Virus record (IMG/VR): IMGVR_UViG_3300020201_000009
Span: 1-64,000 of that record
Strand: one strand, 5' to 3'
Length of the DNA: 64,000 nucleotides
Source of the DNA: a virus
How positions within the stretch are numbered: the stretch's first letter is position 1; every line of letters starts with the position of its first letter. Positions 48,227 to 56,892 of the stretch are shown here, piece by piece. The notes beneath the pieces were generated by a model. The model saw nothing but the letters and a program-made list of their open reading frames with translations, did not search any database and was not told the origin of the DNA. The position numbers and the translations under genes were made by a program.

Positions 48227-48931
48227 TCAAAAAGGAACATCTTCATCATTTACTTCGACCTCTGTTGAAGTATTAGATGATGTGTCCGCCGCTACATCGG
48301 CTTCGTGAGTCGGTTTAGAGACCCCGACTGACTTAGCAGTCTTCCCGTTGACCGCCGTAGCAACGGCCTTGAGTTCTGTTAAATAGAAGCTATTTAATTC
48401 ATCGTATTCCTTTGAGACGATCTGACCCTTCGAGTTTTTTACCGGGAGGGGTTGTGGAAGTTCATCTTGGGTAAATTTACCCTTGATAAAATTTCCAGCT
48501 TGAAAAAATCCAACATTGGAATACATTTCACCATTCTTACCCTCTTTCTTATAAAGAGTGATTTCGATATCGTGAAAGTTTTCTAGTGCTAGAAGACAAT
48601 TGAAGATATTTCGACTAGAGAAACTCATACGATTCTCTACAAGATAAGTTTCCTTTGCAACCTTGTCTGTGAGGAACAATTTTACAATATCATAGGGCTT
48701 ACCTTCATATTCTCCAGTGTCAAAGGTGATTCTTGTTAAATCACCAGAAACAGCGTACTCAATATTGGGAGACGATTCCCATTTACCATCTACATTCTTT
48801 TCTCTAACCTGAAAACCATTGGGCATTAAAGGGATGTCCTTTTGGGTTTTTGCATCCTTCAACTTGTTAATGATCTTCAGAATCTTTAACTTATATTCAC
48901 TCTGACCTTGATTTTTTCTTCCTAGTGCCAT
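48227..48931 (-). CDS. Putative single-stranded DNA-binding protein
   Basis: Beta-rich core, disordered linker and acidic C-terminal tail NDEDVPF typical of SSBs. Confidence 0.6.
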   Translation of the reverse strand: MALGRKNQGQSEYKLKILKIINKLKDAKTQKDIPLMPNGFQVREKNVDGKWESSPNIEYAVSGDLTRITFDTGEYEGKPYDIVKLFLTDKVAKETYLVENRMSFSSRNIFNCLLALENFHDIEITLYKKEGKNGEMYSNVGFFQAGNFIKGKFTQDELPQPLPVKNSKGQIVSKEYDELNSFYLTELKAVATAVNGKTAKSVGVSKPTHEADVAADTSSNTSTEVEVNDEDVPF

Positions 48932-49013
48932 TTTATTTTACTTTTTCGATTTTTATTTTACTTTTGCAAATGAGCTGTTAAGCTCATAATTTAATACACT
49001 AATAATTTAGTTT

Positions 49014-49280
49014 TTATTCAAAATCCGAAAATTTCTTAGGGATCTTAATCCACTTTTGCGGTCTATATTTTTCGAACTTAACTGATTTATTATTAGTAAT
49101 CTTATCCGTGTACCAAAATGCGTCATATCCGCGCTTAACTTTACGTGCAGTAGATATAAGAACATTCTCCATGGCCCGATCATTGGATGGAAAGGGTTCG
49201 TGAAATGCTCTTGAATACGACTCTTTCAAATCGTGAATTATAGTTGTAATATTTTCTCTACCGTCTCGTGCTTTTTTCAT
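49014..49280 (-). CDS. Hypothetical protein
   Basis: 88-aa ORF co-oriented with neighbours. Confidence 0.5.
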   Translation of the reverse strand: MKKARDGRENITTIIHDLKESYSRAFHEPFPSNDRAMENVLISTARKVKRGYDAFWYTDKITNNKSVKFEKYRPQKWIKIPKKFSDFE

Positions 49281-49319
49281 CTGGTACGAGGGCCATTATA
49301 AGAAAAACTTTGACGAATG

Positions 49320-49751
49320 TCAAGTAAGTTTACGTTGCACATTTCTTGACCGATTTTGAGCCCGCTCCGAAAGAGATATCTTAAGTTTTTTTAATTTTTC
49401 TTGAGCCAGTTTTTTCTTCTTAACTGGATTAACAATTCCAGTATCCCTTTCTATTTGATCATCATGTTTTTGTTTAATGGGATCAATACCTTCTTTTTCG
49501 GCTCGCCTAGAGGAAAATTCGGAAGAGCGTTCCCATAGTTCTCCGAAATTTCCCCCGTTTTTGTTGGTAACTTTTACGAAATCCTTCGAGCTATATGGAT
49601 CTGATTTTGTATCTTTTGAGGCTTGTGGTACTGTATAAATTCTTTTCCATATAACTTTGGTTTCATCAATATAAACTTTATCGTCTTTCATATGAAAGAA
49701 GATATCTTTCGTTTCTCCGCTAAGAGGATCTTCGAATAAATAATAAGGCAT
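49320..49751 (-). CDS. FmdB-like small protein (Zn ligands lost)
   Basis: MPYYLF...ETKDIFFHM...WKRIYTVP matches the FmdB-type MPxYxY/F opening but has no Cys. Confidence 0.45.
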   Translation of the reverse strand: MPYYLFEDPLSGETKDIFFHMKDDKVYIDETKVIWKRIYTVPQASKDTKSDPYSSKDFVKVTNKNGGNFGELWERSSEFSSRRAEKEGIDPIKQKHDDQIERDTGIVNPVKKKKLAQEKLKKLKISLSERAQNRSRNVQRKLT

Positions 49752-49766
49752 TAATAAATTTTAGGT

Positions 49767-50843
49767 TTAAACACCTCTAATAGCCGAATTATTAGATATA
49801 AGAGTATTGAAAGTATCGGCATAGGTTAAATAGCCAAAAGATCTTTTAGGTCCGGGGGCGGCGAGGGCTTGCTTTAAAACTTCAACAAATTCCTTTTCGT
49901 CCCAATCAAAGAAATTACCCTGATTAAAATCGGCACCGGGATGGAAGAAAATATTATCGTAGGCCGGAAATTTAGCGTTAGGTTTTACGACCCAAGAATT
50001 TTCGTTGTTAAAGTAATCTTTGTAGGCATGAGCATCCAAAGATACGATTTTTTTACCTAAACAAGCAGCTTGATAAACTGGTAAATCTCTACCTTCCCCG
50101 CCCGACATTCCTAAAAATACATCGCAGCTGTTTAGAAAATCATTGTATTCCGCGTTCTTAGGCATCGCTGGCATCGAAGGGAAATTATAAGGTCTGACTC
50201 CATTAAAAGTATGATGGAGAATTTTTGCATTGTCTTCTGGATTGAAGAAAGGATTGTTAACGGCGGCATGGATGGCATATTCCCCATTATTACCAAATTC
50301 TTTTTGAAGAACCCGAAGAATCTTTTGGGTTCTTTTGCGATTCTCAAATTTCCCCCCTAATCCGATAACCTTGACATCTTTTGGATATTTTCTACTGTTG
50401 ACTTCTTTAAAGTTATGAGTGTCAAAACCTAATTCTAAAAATACTACGTTCTTTAAACCATAAGATTCGAATACTTCCTTAGTGAAACTAGAAGTCACCC
50501 AAACCACGCTTTGCTGGGATAAAATATTGACCTCAGTCGGAGTCAGGGTATCGGTTTCATGGAAGGTGATTAGCTCTTGGTTGTTAGAAAACGATTCTAG
50601 GGAACCATTGATATGCCAAAGCTTGATTGTTCGAAAGGCACGAGAGTGATTCTTCATGTGACTCGTAATCTTGCTATTCACCCATTTTTCAAATTCCTGA
50701 TCTGGAACTTGAGCTGCCATTGATACGTTACCAATAGGAATAATTGTACAATCTAAATTTTTCTTATAAGCTTCACGTAGTAAAGCGATTGATGTTTGAC
50801 CCAGACTTAAGTCGTTAATTGGGAAGTGGAAAGTGACTGGCAT
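49767..50843 (-). CDS. Glycosyltransferase, GT-B / GT4-like
   Basis: GKFENRK, FLNSCDVFLGMSGGEGRDLPVYQAACLGK. Confidence 0.8.
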   Translation of the reverse strand: MPVTFHFPINDLSLGQTSIALLREAYKKNLDCTIIPIGNVSMAAQVPDQEFEKWVNSKITSHMKNHSRAFRTIKLWHINGSLESFSNNQELITFHETDTLTPTEVNILSQQSVVWVTSSFTKEVFESYGLKNVVFLELGFDTHNFKEVNSRKYPKDVKVIGLGGKFENRKRTQKILRVLQKEFGNNGEYAIHAAVNNPFFNPEDNAKILHHTFNGVRPYNFPSMPAMPKNAEYNDFLNSCDVFLGMSGGEGRDLPVYQAACLGKKIVSLDAHAYKDYFNNENSWVVKPNAKFPAYDNIFFHPGADFNQGNFFDWDEKEFVEVLKQALAAPGPKRSFGYLTYADTFNTLISNNSAIRGV

Positions 50844-51400
50844 TAAATTTCATTATGAATTTTTTCTTCTATTTTCTTTAGGTTGCGTATGTATATCATT
50901 CTCGCCCCTTGTTTTGTAATATTATAAAGTTTGGCAATTTCTGGCCAAGTTGTTTTTTTGAGACTACAATGTCTTAGTTCAAATATTTCTTGGAACCTTT
51001 TGTCATCTATATTATGAAATTCAGATTGAATGTAATCAATTAATTGTTTATCGTTACAGGTTTCTTTATCCGATAAATTTTCCAATCCAGAATCTTCAAC
51101 TTGTATAATACCTTCGTTATCATGAAGTAGTCTCTGGCATTGCCAACGAATATTTTGTCCAATCCAACTAGAAAATTTCATTTTCCGATCTGGATTGTAG
51201 TTCATTGCATAATTGTAAATATTATACATTTTATGTTCAAGTAACTCGTCTCGTTCAATTTTAGGAACGTAAGTATATTGATTTACGATATTTACATAAA
51301 TACCGGTATGACGATTTACTAATTCTAAAAGAGACGCGGAATCTTGTTTAGATTTAATCTCTTGAATCAATTGATGATCATTAACTTCGGCTGGAAGCAT
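50843..51400 (-). CDS. Sigma-70/ECF-like sigma factor
   Basis: DHQLIQEIK, YNPDRKMKFSSWIG (region 2), IFELRH...TWPEIAKLYNITKQGARMI (region 4 HTH). Confidence 0.75.
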   Translation of the reverse strand: MLPAEVNDHQLIQEIKSKQDSASLLELVNRHTGIYVNIVNQYTYVPKIERDELLEHKMYNIYNYAMNYNPDRKMKFSSWIGQNIRWQCQRLLHDNEGIIQVEDSGLENLSDKETCNDKQLIDYIQSEFHNIDDKRFQEIFELRHCSLKKTTWPEIAKLYNITKQGARMIYIRNLKKIEEKIHNEI

Positions 51401-51671
51401 CGTCTTCTCTTTTAACTAAATTTTTAAATGCTAACTCGATAAATAAAACAACAACTGGTGAAGTTATAATAAAATGACCCGGGATAAGCAGGAAACTCCA
51501 AATTAAAATTGAGATCCAAAAAGCGCTACAGAGAGCACAGGTCGTACTATATGCTACCCATGGATTTAGATATCTATTTAAGCTCGTGCGGAAAAACGAA
51601 AGAAGGAAAGAGTGGTTATATAGAAAAAAGAAAAACCAAACCGAAAGACAATAAAAGATAAAAATTGACAT
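51381..51671 (-). CDS. Small membrane protein with CxxCxxFW motif (DUF1360-like)
   Basis: Hydrophobic helices and TCALCSAFWIS. Confidence 0.5.
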   Translation of the reverse strand: MSIFIFYCLSVWFFFFLYNHSFLLSFFRTSLNRYLNPWVAYSTTCALCSAFWISILIWSFLLIPGHFIITSPVVVLFIELAFKNLVKREDDASSRS

Positions 51672-52109
51672 TTATTCATCGCCTTCTGGACTACCATCGG
51701 ACAAGCTTTGGTTTTGTAATAAATTATTAATCACAATACACAAAAACTGAATATCCTTATCTTGGATAGACATTTTATTGGTCATAATCGATCCATCTTC
51801 TAGTTCTCCTGAATAAGCGTTTACGATCTCCGCGACCGCATTTGCGGTTATCATAGAAATTTTCACGTTTTGACCCTCGGAGAAGATTGGATTGCTTAGG
51901 ACATAAATTGCCTTATCGCCATCAACTCCTAAGATTGCTTGACAGAAGTTAGACTCTTTTAGTTCTGACATTGCGAGTTTAACTAGTTCTAGTTTAATGT
52001 GTTCTTGTGGTTTACTAACAAGAACCTTCTTTAAATCTGTTGGTATTACAAATGTGTCGCAATCGATAAAATGTGCGACAATTTGGTTTCTAATTTCTAA
52101 TAGAGTCAT
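51672..52109 (-). CDS. Hypothetical protein
   Basis: 145-aa first gene of the leftward operon. Confidence 0.6.
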   Translation of the reverse strand: MTLLEIRNQIVAHFIDCDTFVIPTDLKKVLVSKPQEHIKLELVKLAMSELKESNFCQAILGVDGDKAIYVLSNPIFSEGQNVKISMITANAVAEIVNAYSGELEDGSIMTNKMSIQDKDIQFLCIVINNLLQNQSLSDGSPEGDE

Positions 52110-52118
52110 TTACGCTTT

Positions 52119-52148
52119 ATACTATTCAATTGTAAGTATAAGTCAACA
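52119..52148 (-). promoter_or_regulatory. Sigma70-type promoter for the leftward operon
   Basis: Minus strand tgTTGACT-N16-TAGTAT just upstream of ATG 52109. Confidence 0.55.
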
Positions 52149-52331
52149 TTTTTTTTTTGTTAAAAGTGCATAGTAGTCCTATGTGGCGCAGACACAAAGA
52201 CTTATAAAGTTTATAGAACTCATAAACAGTTTAAAACACTTGGGGAAACTTTAAGTAAGATCTTAAAACACCAAATATTAGACGAAAAAGTCATTTTGCG
52301 GCAAGTGAAGAACTTACTACCGATAAACTTT

Positions 52332-52601
52332 AAACAACTCTTCGGAGCCATTCGTCCAGCCCTGCGGTCTGAACTCATGGAACCTTCGGTTCATTGAAAG
52401 GCAATTTACATTTGCCATTCATTGTACAGTTTCTAAGTTGTACATTTTCCTTTTACTCACCATTTAGAAAACATACAGTTATTAACTGTAAAGTCTAATA
52501 ATGTACAAGTCTAAAACGGTAGAGGAAACTAGAAGAAAAATGCCTTTATAATGAACCGAAGGTTCACAACGATTCTTTACTTTAGTAAAGATGAGTTGTT
52601 T
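52332..52601. repeat. Nested inverted-repeat element (candidate replication origin or structured RNA)
   Basis: Inverted-repeat pairs 52332-40/52593-601 (9 bp), 52380-95/52550-65 (16 bp) and 52438-46/52500-08 (9 bp); central hairpin 52474-90. Confidence 0.75.
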
Positions 52602-52749
52602 GATTGGAAAACTTTACGGAATCTCGGACTTTACATTAGAATCTTTAGACTTACTAGACTCGCGTTGCTTCTCTAAGAATACTACCGTAAGAGATTTTTA
52701 ACAAACGCACTTTACAGAAAGGAAGATTAAAAGATTCTTTCTTTTTCAA

Positions 52750-53357
52750 TAAGAGCACCGCCCGCAGGGTGGGGCTCGTTCTGCCCCGAAGGGCCATAAC
52801 CCCCCAATGGAGCCCTTTTACATCACTTTGATTGACTCAAAAAGTGCGTATTATCGGTTATTCTAACCTACCCAACGTGTGATTAACTACCGGGCCACAA
52901 TTATAGTCAAGGCATTGTCATGCTCAGGGTGATCCCGCTTTTCATCTATTCAAATTCTTTTAGGTTTCAACCGTTATGTCGTTCAGCATTTCTCATAATC
53001 CGACTCGATAACCTGTTTTGACAGATCGGGACTACAAGGCCAAACACGTATCTAACCCGAATGTGAGGGTGTTTTATCACATTCTGTATGAGAATCTTAC
53101 TAATCCGCCCCGAGTTAATTCTCGGTTTCCACGTCCCAAAGGGCTCCTGAAGGGTCTCGTGCATAGTATTTCTACGTTTAAAGTAACGCATTAAGTTTTC
53201 AACCCCAATGGCCGTCACATCTTGACGGTAGTTTGACTGTCACGCTTAAACTTGTGAAGGACTTTCAAAAGTTATCTGGCCCTCGCGCAGGGCTCTAATT
53301 ATAAAGTATTATGTTAGTTTACGCCAAAAAAGGTTAATTTTATCTCAGGCGCTCTTA
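52750..53357 (-). ncRNA. Candidate large structured non-coding RNA (~608 nt)
   Basis: 10-bp closing stem UAAGAGCGCC/GGUGCUCUUA, nested 10-bp and 8-bp long-range helices, many hairpins including a cUUCGg loop; promoter immediately upstream. Confidence 0.65.
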
Positions 53358-53366
53358 ACTTTCACT

Positions 53367-53396
53367 ATAATACACATAATTTTTTGAAAGTCAACA
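53367..53396 (-). promoter_or_regulatory. Promoter for the candidate ncRNA (sigma70-type with overlapping GTGTA)
   Basis: Minus strand tgTTGACT-N16-TATTAT; GTGTA at 53375-53371; predicted start about 53360. Confidence 0.6.
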
Positions 53397-53507
53397 CAGT
53401 TTGCGTTAAAACTTTTTCGAAAAACCGAATCCATAAAAAAGTTTGCATCTAAAACATGTTGACTTTTGCCGCGTTTTAAGGGAAAATCCCTTTTAAGAAC
53501 AAATAAA

Positions 53508-54404
53508 ATGAAAATTTTCTCGGATGGGGCAGACTGCCCTCAGTGTCAAAGATGGAGAATCGAACGGGGTTTCAAGAAACTCGGCCATCAAATAGTTCTT
53601 GATATCAGTAAAGCCGATTTGATATATATTAATAATCCTTGGTATGATTCTATATATAAAGTTAATATATTAAAAAATAAAGTTAAAATCATTTTAAACA
53701 TTTTAGATTTGGCCCCGCATCTTGGAGATGATTTTCCACTAGAAAAGTTAAAGAAGTGTTTAAAAATGTCAGATGCTGTTACATGTATATCTGAAACAGT
53801 CAGAGACGATTGCACGGAAAGACTTAACATAACACCCCATGTTATTTACAATCCAATCATGGATGTTTTTTTACAAAAAAATCCCAAACCAAGAAAATTT
53901 AGAGCCCTTGCATCGGGAAGATTGCTTGACCCCAATAAGAGATCGCATTTGGGACTAATGGCATTGCAGGTACTCGGCGTAAAATCAGAAGAAATCGCAA
54001 TTTGCGGCTCAGAATATCCCGGATATGGAGAAAATTTGGGCATCGTAGGGGTAGACACTTTAAGAGAATTGTATAACGAAGTCGATTTTGTTTTGGTCAC
54101 TTCCCGACATGAGGGCTTGGGCTTACAGGTTCCCGAGGCGATGGCGGCGGGGGCTATCCCGGTTATATGTAATGATCTTTCTACGAAGCAGGAATTTTTA
54201 CCATCTATTTATTTTCCAGAGTACGACGAAGTTTACCCAAATGTAATATCTTTGGTTCATTTCATTTCTCGGTATATGGGTAGTCAAGAAAATATGTTGG
54301 ATTTCAAATCTAGGATTTATACCTATTACAATGCCAAATTGGCACATAAATTTAGTGATATCGGTGTTGCCAAATCAATTCTAGACATTTATTATAAACT
54401 ATAA
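53508..54404 (+). CDS. Glycosyltransferase, GT4-like (likely start ATG 53508 rather than TTG 53466)
   Basis: GRLLDPNKR, LRELYNEVDFVLVTSRHEGLGLQVPEAMAAGAIPV. Confidence 0.85.
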   Translation: MKIFSDGADCPQCQRWRIERGFKKLGHQIVLDISKADLIYINNPWYDSIYKVNILKNKVKIILNILDLAPHLGDDFPLEKLKKCLKMSDAVTCISETVRDDCTERLNITPHVIYNPIMDVFLQKNPKPRKFRALASGRLLDPNKRSHLGLMALQVLGVKSEEIAICGSEYPGYGENLGIVGVDTLRELYNEVDFVLVTSRHEGLGLQVPEAMAAGAIPVICNDLSTKQEFLPSIYFPEYDEVYPNVISLVHFISRYMGSQENMLDFKSRIYTYYNAKLAHKFSDIGVAKSILDIYYKL

Positions 54405-54405
54405 C

Positions 54406-55224
54406 ATGACAGCCGATTACATTTCCTCGTTAGTTAGTATCGTAATCTTAGACTATAAGAGACCGTTCGAAGCAGAGCTTCTTTTAGCCAGTCTTAAAAA
54501 ACATGCGCATTTTCCTTACGAACTCGTTTATGTAAGCAACGGGGGGGACCAAGGTTATGTACAAGAATTTTACAACCAAGGATTAATTGATATTTTAGTT
54601 CTTTCCAAAGAAAACGGCGGGACCGGGCTAGGTACTAGGTTGGGATTTAAAGCCGCATCTGGCGCATACGTAATGTATTTACAAGTTGACCAATGGTTAG
54701 GATCAGATATTTCGTCATTCGAAATCTCAGATATGGTAAATTTCCTCGTGCACCACCCAGAATGCTTCTATATCGATCTGGCTGGTAATCAGGGTCATGG
54801 CAATTACTCCGAAAGAGCGGGATTTCTAAATAGGGAGCGATATTTAAATATTCCAGAATTGGGAAAAGCATACGGAGGACCCGGTCCTTTCGCCCATATT
54901 CAATGGTCCGAAAATGGTGTTCAAGAGCATATTAAAAAGAATAATCTTAACATCGTCATTGGTCCCAAAGTTTTCGGAGACAATGGTAAAAATTCCGTTA
55001 GAGAATATCCTTGCGGTGGAATTTTAATGTTATCGACTGACGAAAAAAGACTAACTATTATTAAACAAATCAAAAAAAGGGCAGATTTTCCAAATTTGAA
55101 ATTAACAGACGCCGAGTGGGAACTAATTTTAGATGAAAAATGGATTGATGGTACAATTCCAGAGGGTCACAGGGATAGCAGTTTTGTTGCATGGAAAAAC
55201 GTGATTACGATTGCAAATTTGTAA
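54406..55224 (+). CDS. Glycosyltransferase, GT2/GT-A-like
   Basis: VSIVILDYKR, ELVYVSNG, ENGGTGLGTRLGFKAASGAYVMYLQVD. Confidence 0.75.
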   Translation: MTADYISSLVSIVILDYKRPFEAELLLASLKKHAHFPYELVYVSNGGDQGYVQEFYNQGLIDILVLSKENGGTGLGTRLGFKAASGAYVMYLQVDQWLGSDISSFEISDMVNFLVHHPECFYIDLAGNQGHGNYSERAGFLNRERYLNIPELGKAYGGPGPFAHIQWSENGVQEHIKKNNLNIVIGPKVFGDNGKNSVREYPCGGILMLSTDEKRLTIIKQIKKRADFPNLKLTDAEWELILDEKWIDGTIPEGHRDSSFVAWKNVITIANL

Positions 55225-55997
55225 TGATGAAAATTTCAATCTACAGCTCTGCTTGGTCGGCCAAAAAGATGGGATTCGATCTTAAAGGCGCGTTAGATAA
55301 TTGGTCTAAGTACGCCGATGAAATTATTATTGCGGTCAATAAATGCAATGAAACGTTTTTAGAAATCGCCGAATTGGAAAATCCAAAGGTAAGTATCGTC
55401 ATGACCGATATCGATTTTGAAAAAGACCCATTTGCATATGGTAAAGTCATTGATTCCGCGCTTCAATTTACATCGGGGGATTTACTTATTCAACAGGACT
55501 TAGACGAACGTTTCCGGGTAGATCCAGAAATGTTGCCGAAAATTTATAAGAGATTGAAGGATAATTTTTTTGGATCTTGTTTCGTACCTACAATTGACCT
55601 TTATGGAGATACCGAATCTTATGTTAATATTGGGAAAAAATGGTATATTCATTTACCGGGATTTCATCGTGGCCCTGTTAAATTTGGTATTAAGTCCGAT
55701 AATCACCCTGATTACAATAAGACCAGCACGGATGAGCTAATTGATAAAGACGGTAATCTTGTTCCGACATTAAATCTTTTTGATGGCAATATTAATGATC
55801 TTCAAAAATATGTTGAAAGAGGAATGCCTATTGTCTACCATCTTGGGTATTTGAACCTCATAGACAGGGCTGAACGCGCTAAGTGGTGGAAAGATTTTTG
55901 GGTTAGAGCTACAAATGGGGACTCTAATACACATATTACAGATGTCAAAGAATTACTGAAGAGAGAAACGAAAAAACATGGATTGCCGCTATGGTAA
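55224..55997 (+). CDS. Glycosyltransferase, GT2/GT-A-like (likely start 55224, TAATG overlap)
   Basis: MKISIY...ADEIIIAVN...ALQFTSGDLLIQQDLDE (DxD)...YHLGY. Confidence 0.75.
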   Translation: MMKISIYSSAWSAKKMGFDLKGALDNWSKYADEIIIAVNKCNETFLEIAELENPKVSIVMTDIDFEKDPFAYGKVIDSALQFTSGDLLIQQDLDERFRVDPEMLPKIYKRLKDNFFGSCFVPTIDLYGDTESYVNIGKKWYIHLPGFHRGPVKFGIKSDNHPDYNKTSTDELIDKDGNLVPTLNLFDGNINDLQKYVERGMPIVYHLGYLNLIDRAERAKWWKDFWVRATNGDSNTHITDVKELLKRETKKHGLPLW

Positions 55998-56031
55998 ATC
56001 ACCGAAAATTTGAGGCGGAAAACAAAAAAAT

Positions 56032-56892
56032 ATGAATAAAATTTTTATAGGTATAATTACCCAAAATGAAAAATCTAATATTGAAGATCTTACGGCCTAT
56101 TATCGATATTTCGACGGGCTTGCGTCAGTTGATCATGGAAGCGACGATGGTACGTATGAAATTCTAGACGAAAGAAAGGGTGTGGGTTTTGTAGAAAAAA
56201 TTCCTTATTACGGGCATCATGGTCATTCCATGAACCATTTCCTTTTAAATCCAAAAATCGGCATTGGAGATTGGATACTTTTAAGGGATTCCAACGAAAG
56301 AATCAACGAGGATTTTGCCAAAAATATTCGCGGCTTTTTGAGTCAAATGGAAAATAACGGCATTGGCTCAATTTATCAATATAGCAAGTTGTTATTATTT
56401 AAAAGATTTCCCAATCAATTTTTTGCGAACACTCCTCATTGGGGATTACAAAACGCTCAACCAAAACATATTCAAATAGACCAACAGAATTGGTTTTCGT
56501 CCGATGAGAAATATTGTTATAGTGTGAGAAACAAAAATAGAGACTGTTGGCATTTTGTTGGAGCGTATCTTCGCTACTATCTCATGAAAGATAGTAATCA
56601 TTGTTTGCTTGGTTTAGAAAAAAATGGAGACCCAAATATCTTGTTTCCCATTAGAAATAACCGTCGGATTAGATTTCTTCTCGCGCTTGAAGAATATAGT
56701 ATTCCAGCAAGTAAAGACGCAGTAATTGATGTTGCTGGCCATTTATATAAATATCCTAATTTAACAATATTTTTTAATGAAGAAAAAATTTTAAATGACG
56801 CATATCGTTATCATATTCTAGGCGATAGACAATTCAAAGATAATCACGATTTTAAAGATATGGTAGAGATTAAGTCAACTACCCCGCCCTAA
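56032..56892 (+). CDS. Glycosyltransferase, GT2-like; last 5 codons derive from the inserted IS end
   Basis: IITQNE, VDHGSDDGTYEIL, DWILLRDSNE. Confidence 0.7.
   Translation: MNKIFIGIITQNEKSNIEDLTAYYRYFDGLASVDHGSDDGTYEILDERKGVGFVEKIPYYGHHGHSMNHFLLNPKIGIGDWILLRDSNERINEDFAKNIRGFLSQMENNGIGSIYQYSKLLLFKRFPNQFFANTPHWGLQNAQPKHIQIDQQNWFSSDEKYCYSVRNKNRDCWHFVGAYLRYYLMKDSNHCLLGLEKNGDPNILFPIRNNRRIRFLLALEEYSIPASKDAVIDVAGHLYKYPNLTIFFNEEKILNDAYRYHILGDRQFKDNHDFKDMVEIKSTTPP

Noticed and set aside
52967-53218. 83-aa minus-strand ORF inside the non-coding region
   Set aside because: GTG start, no recognisable leader or protein features, and it lies inside densely base-paired sequence better explained as RNA structure
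52770-53270. RNase P RNA or tmRNA identity for the large RNA (GAAAGUCC near the 5' end, CAGAA near the 3' end)
   Set aside because: The full GAGGAAAGUCC and ACAGAA...GGCUUA P4 consensus is absent, and there are no tRNA-like ends; only a covariance-model search could settle it
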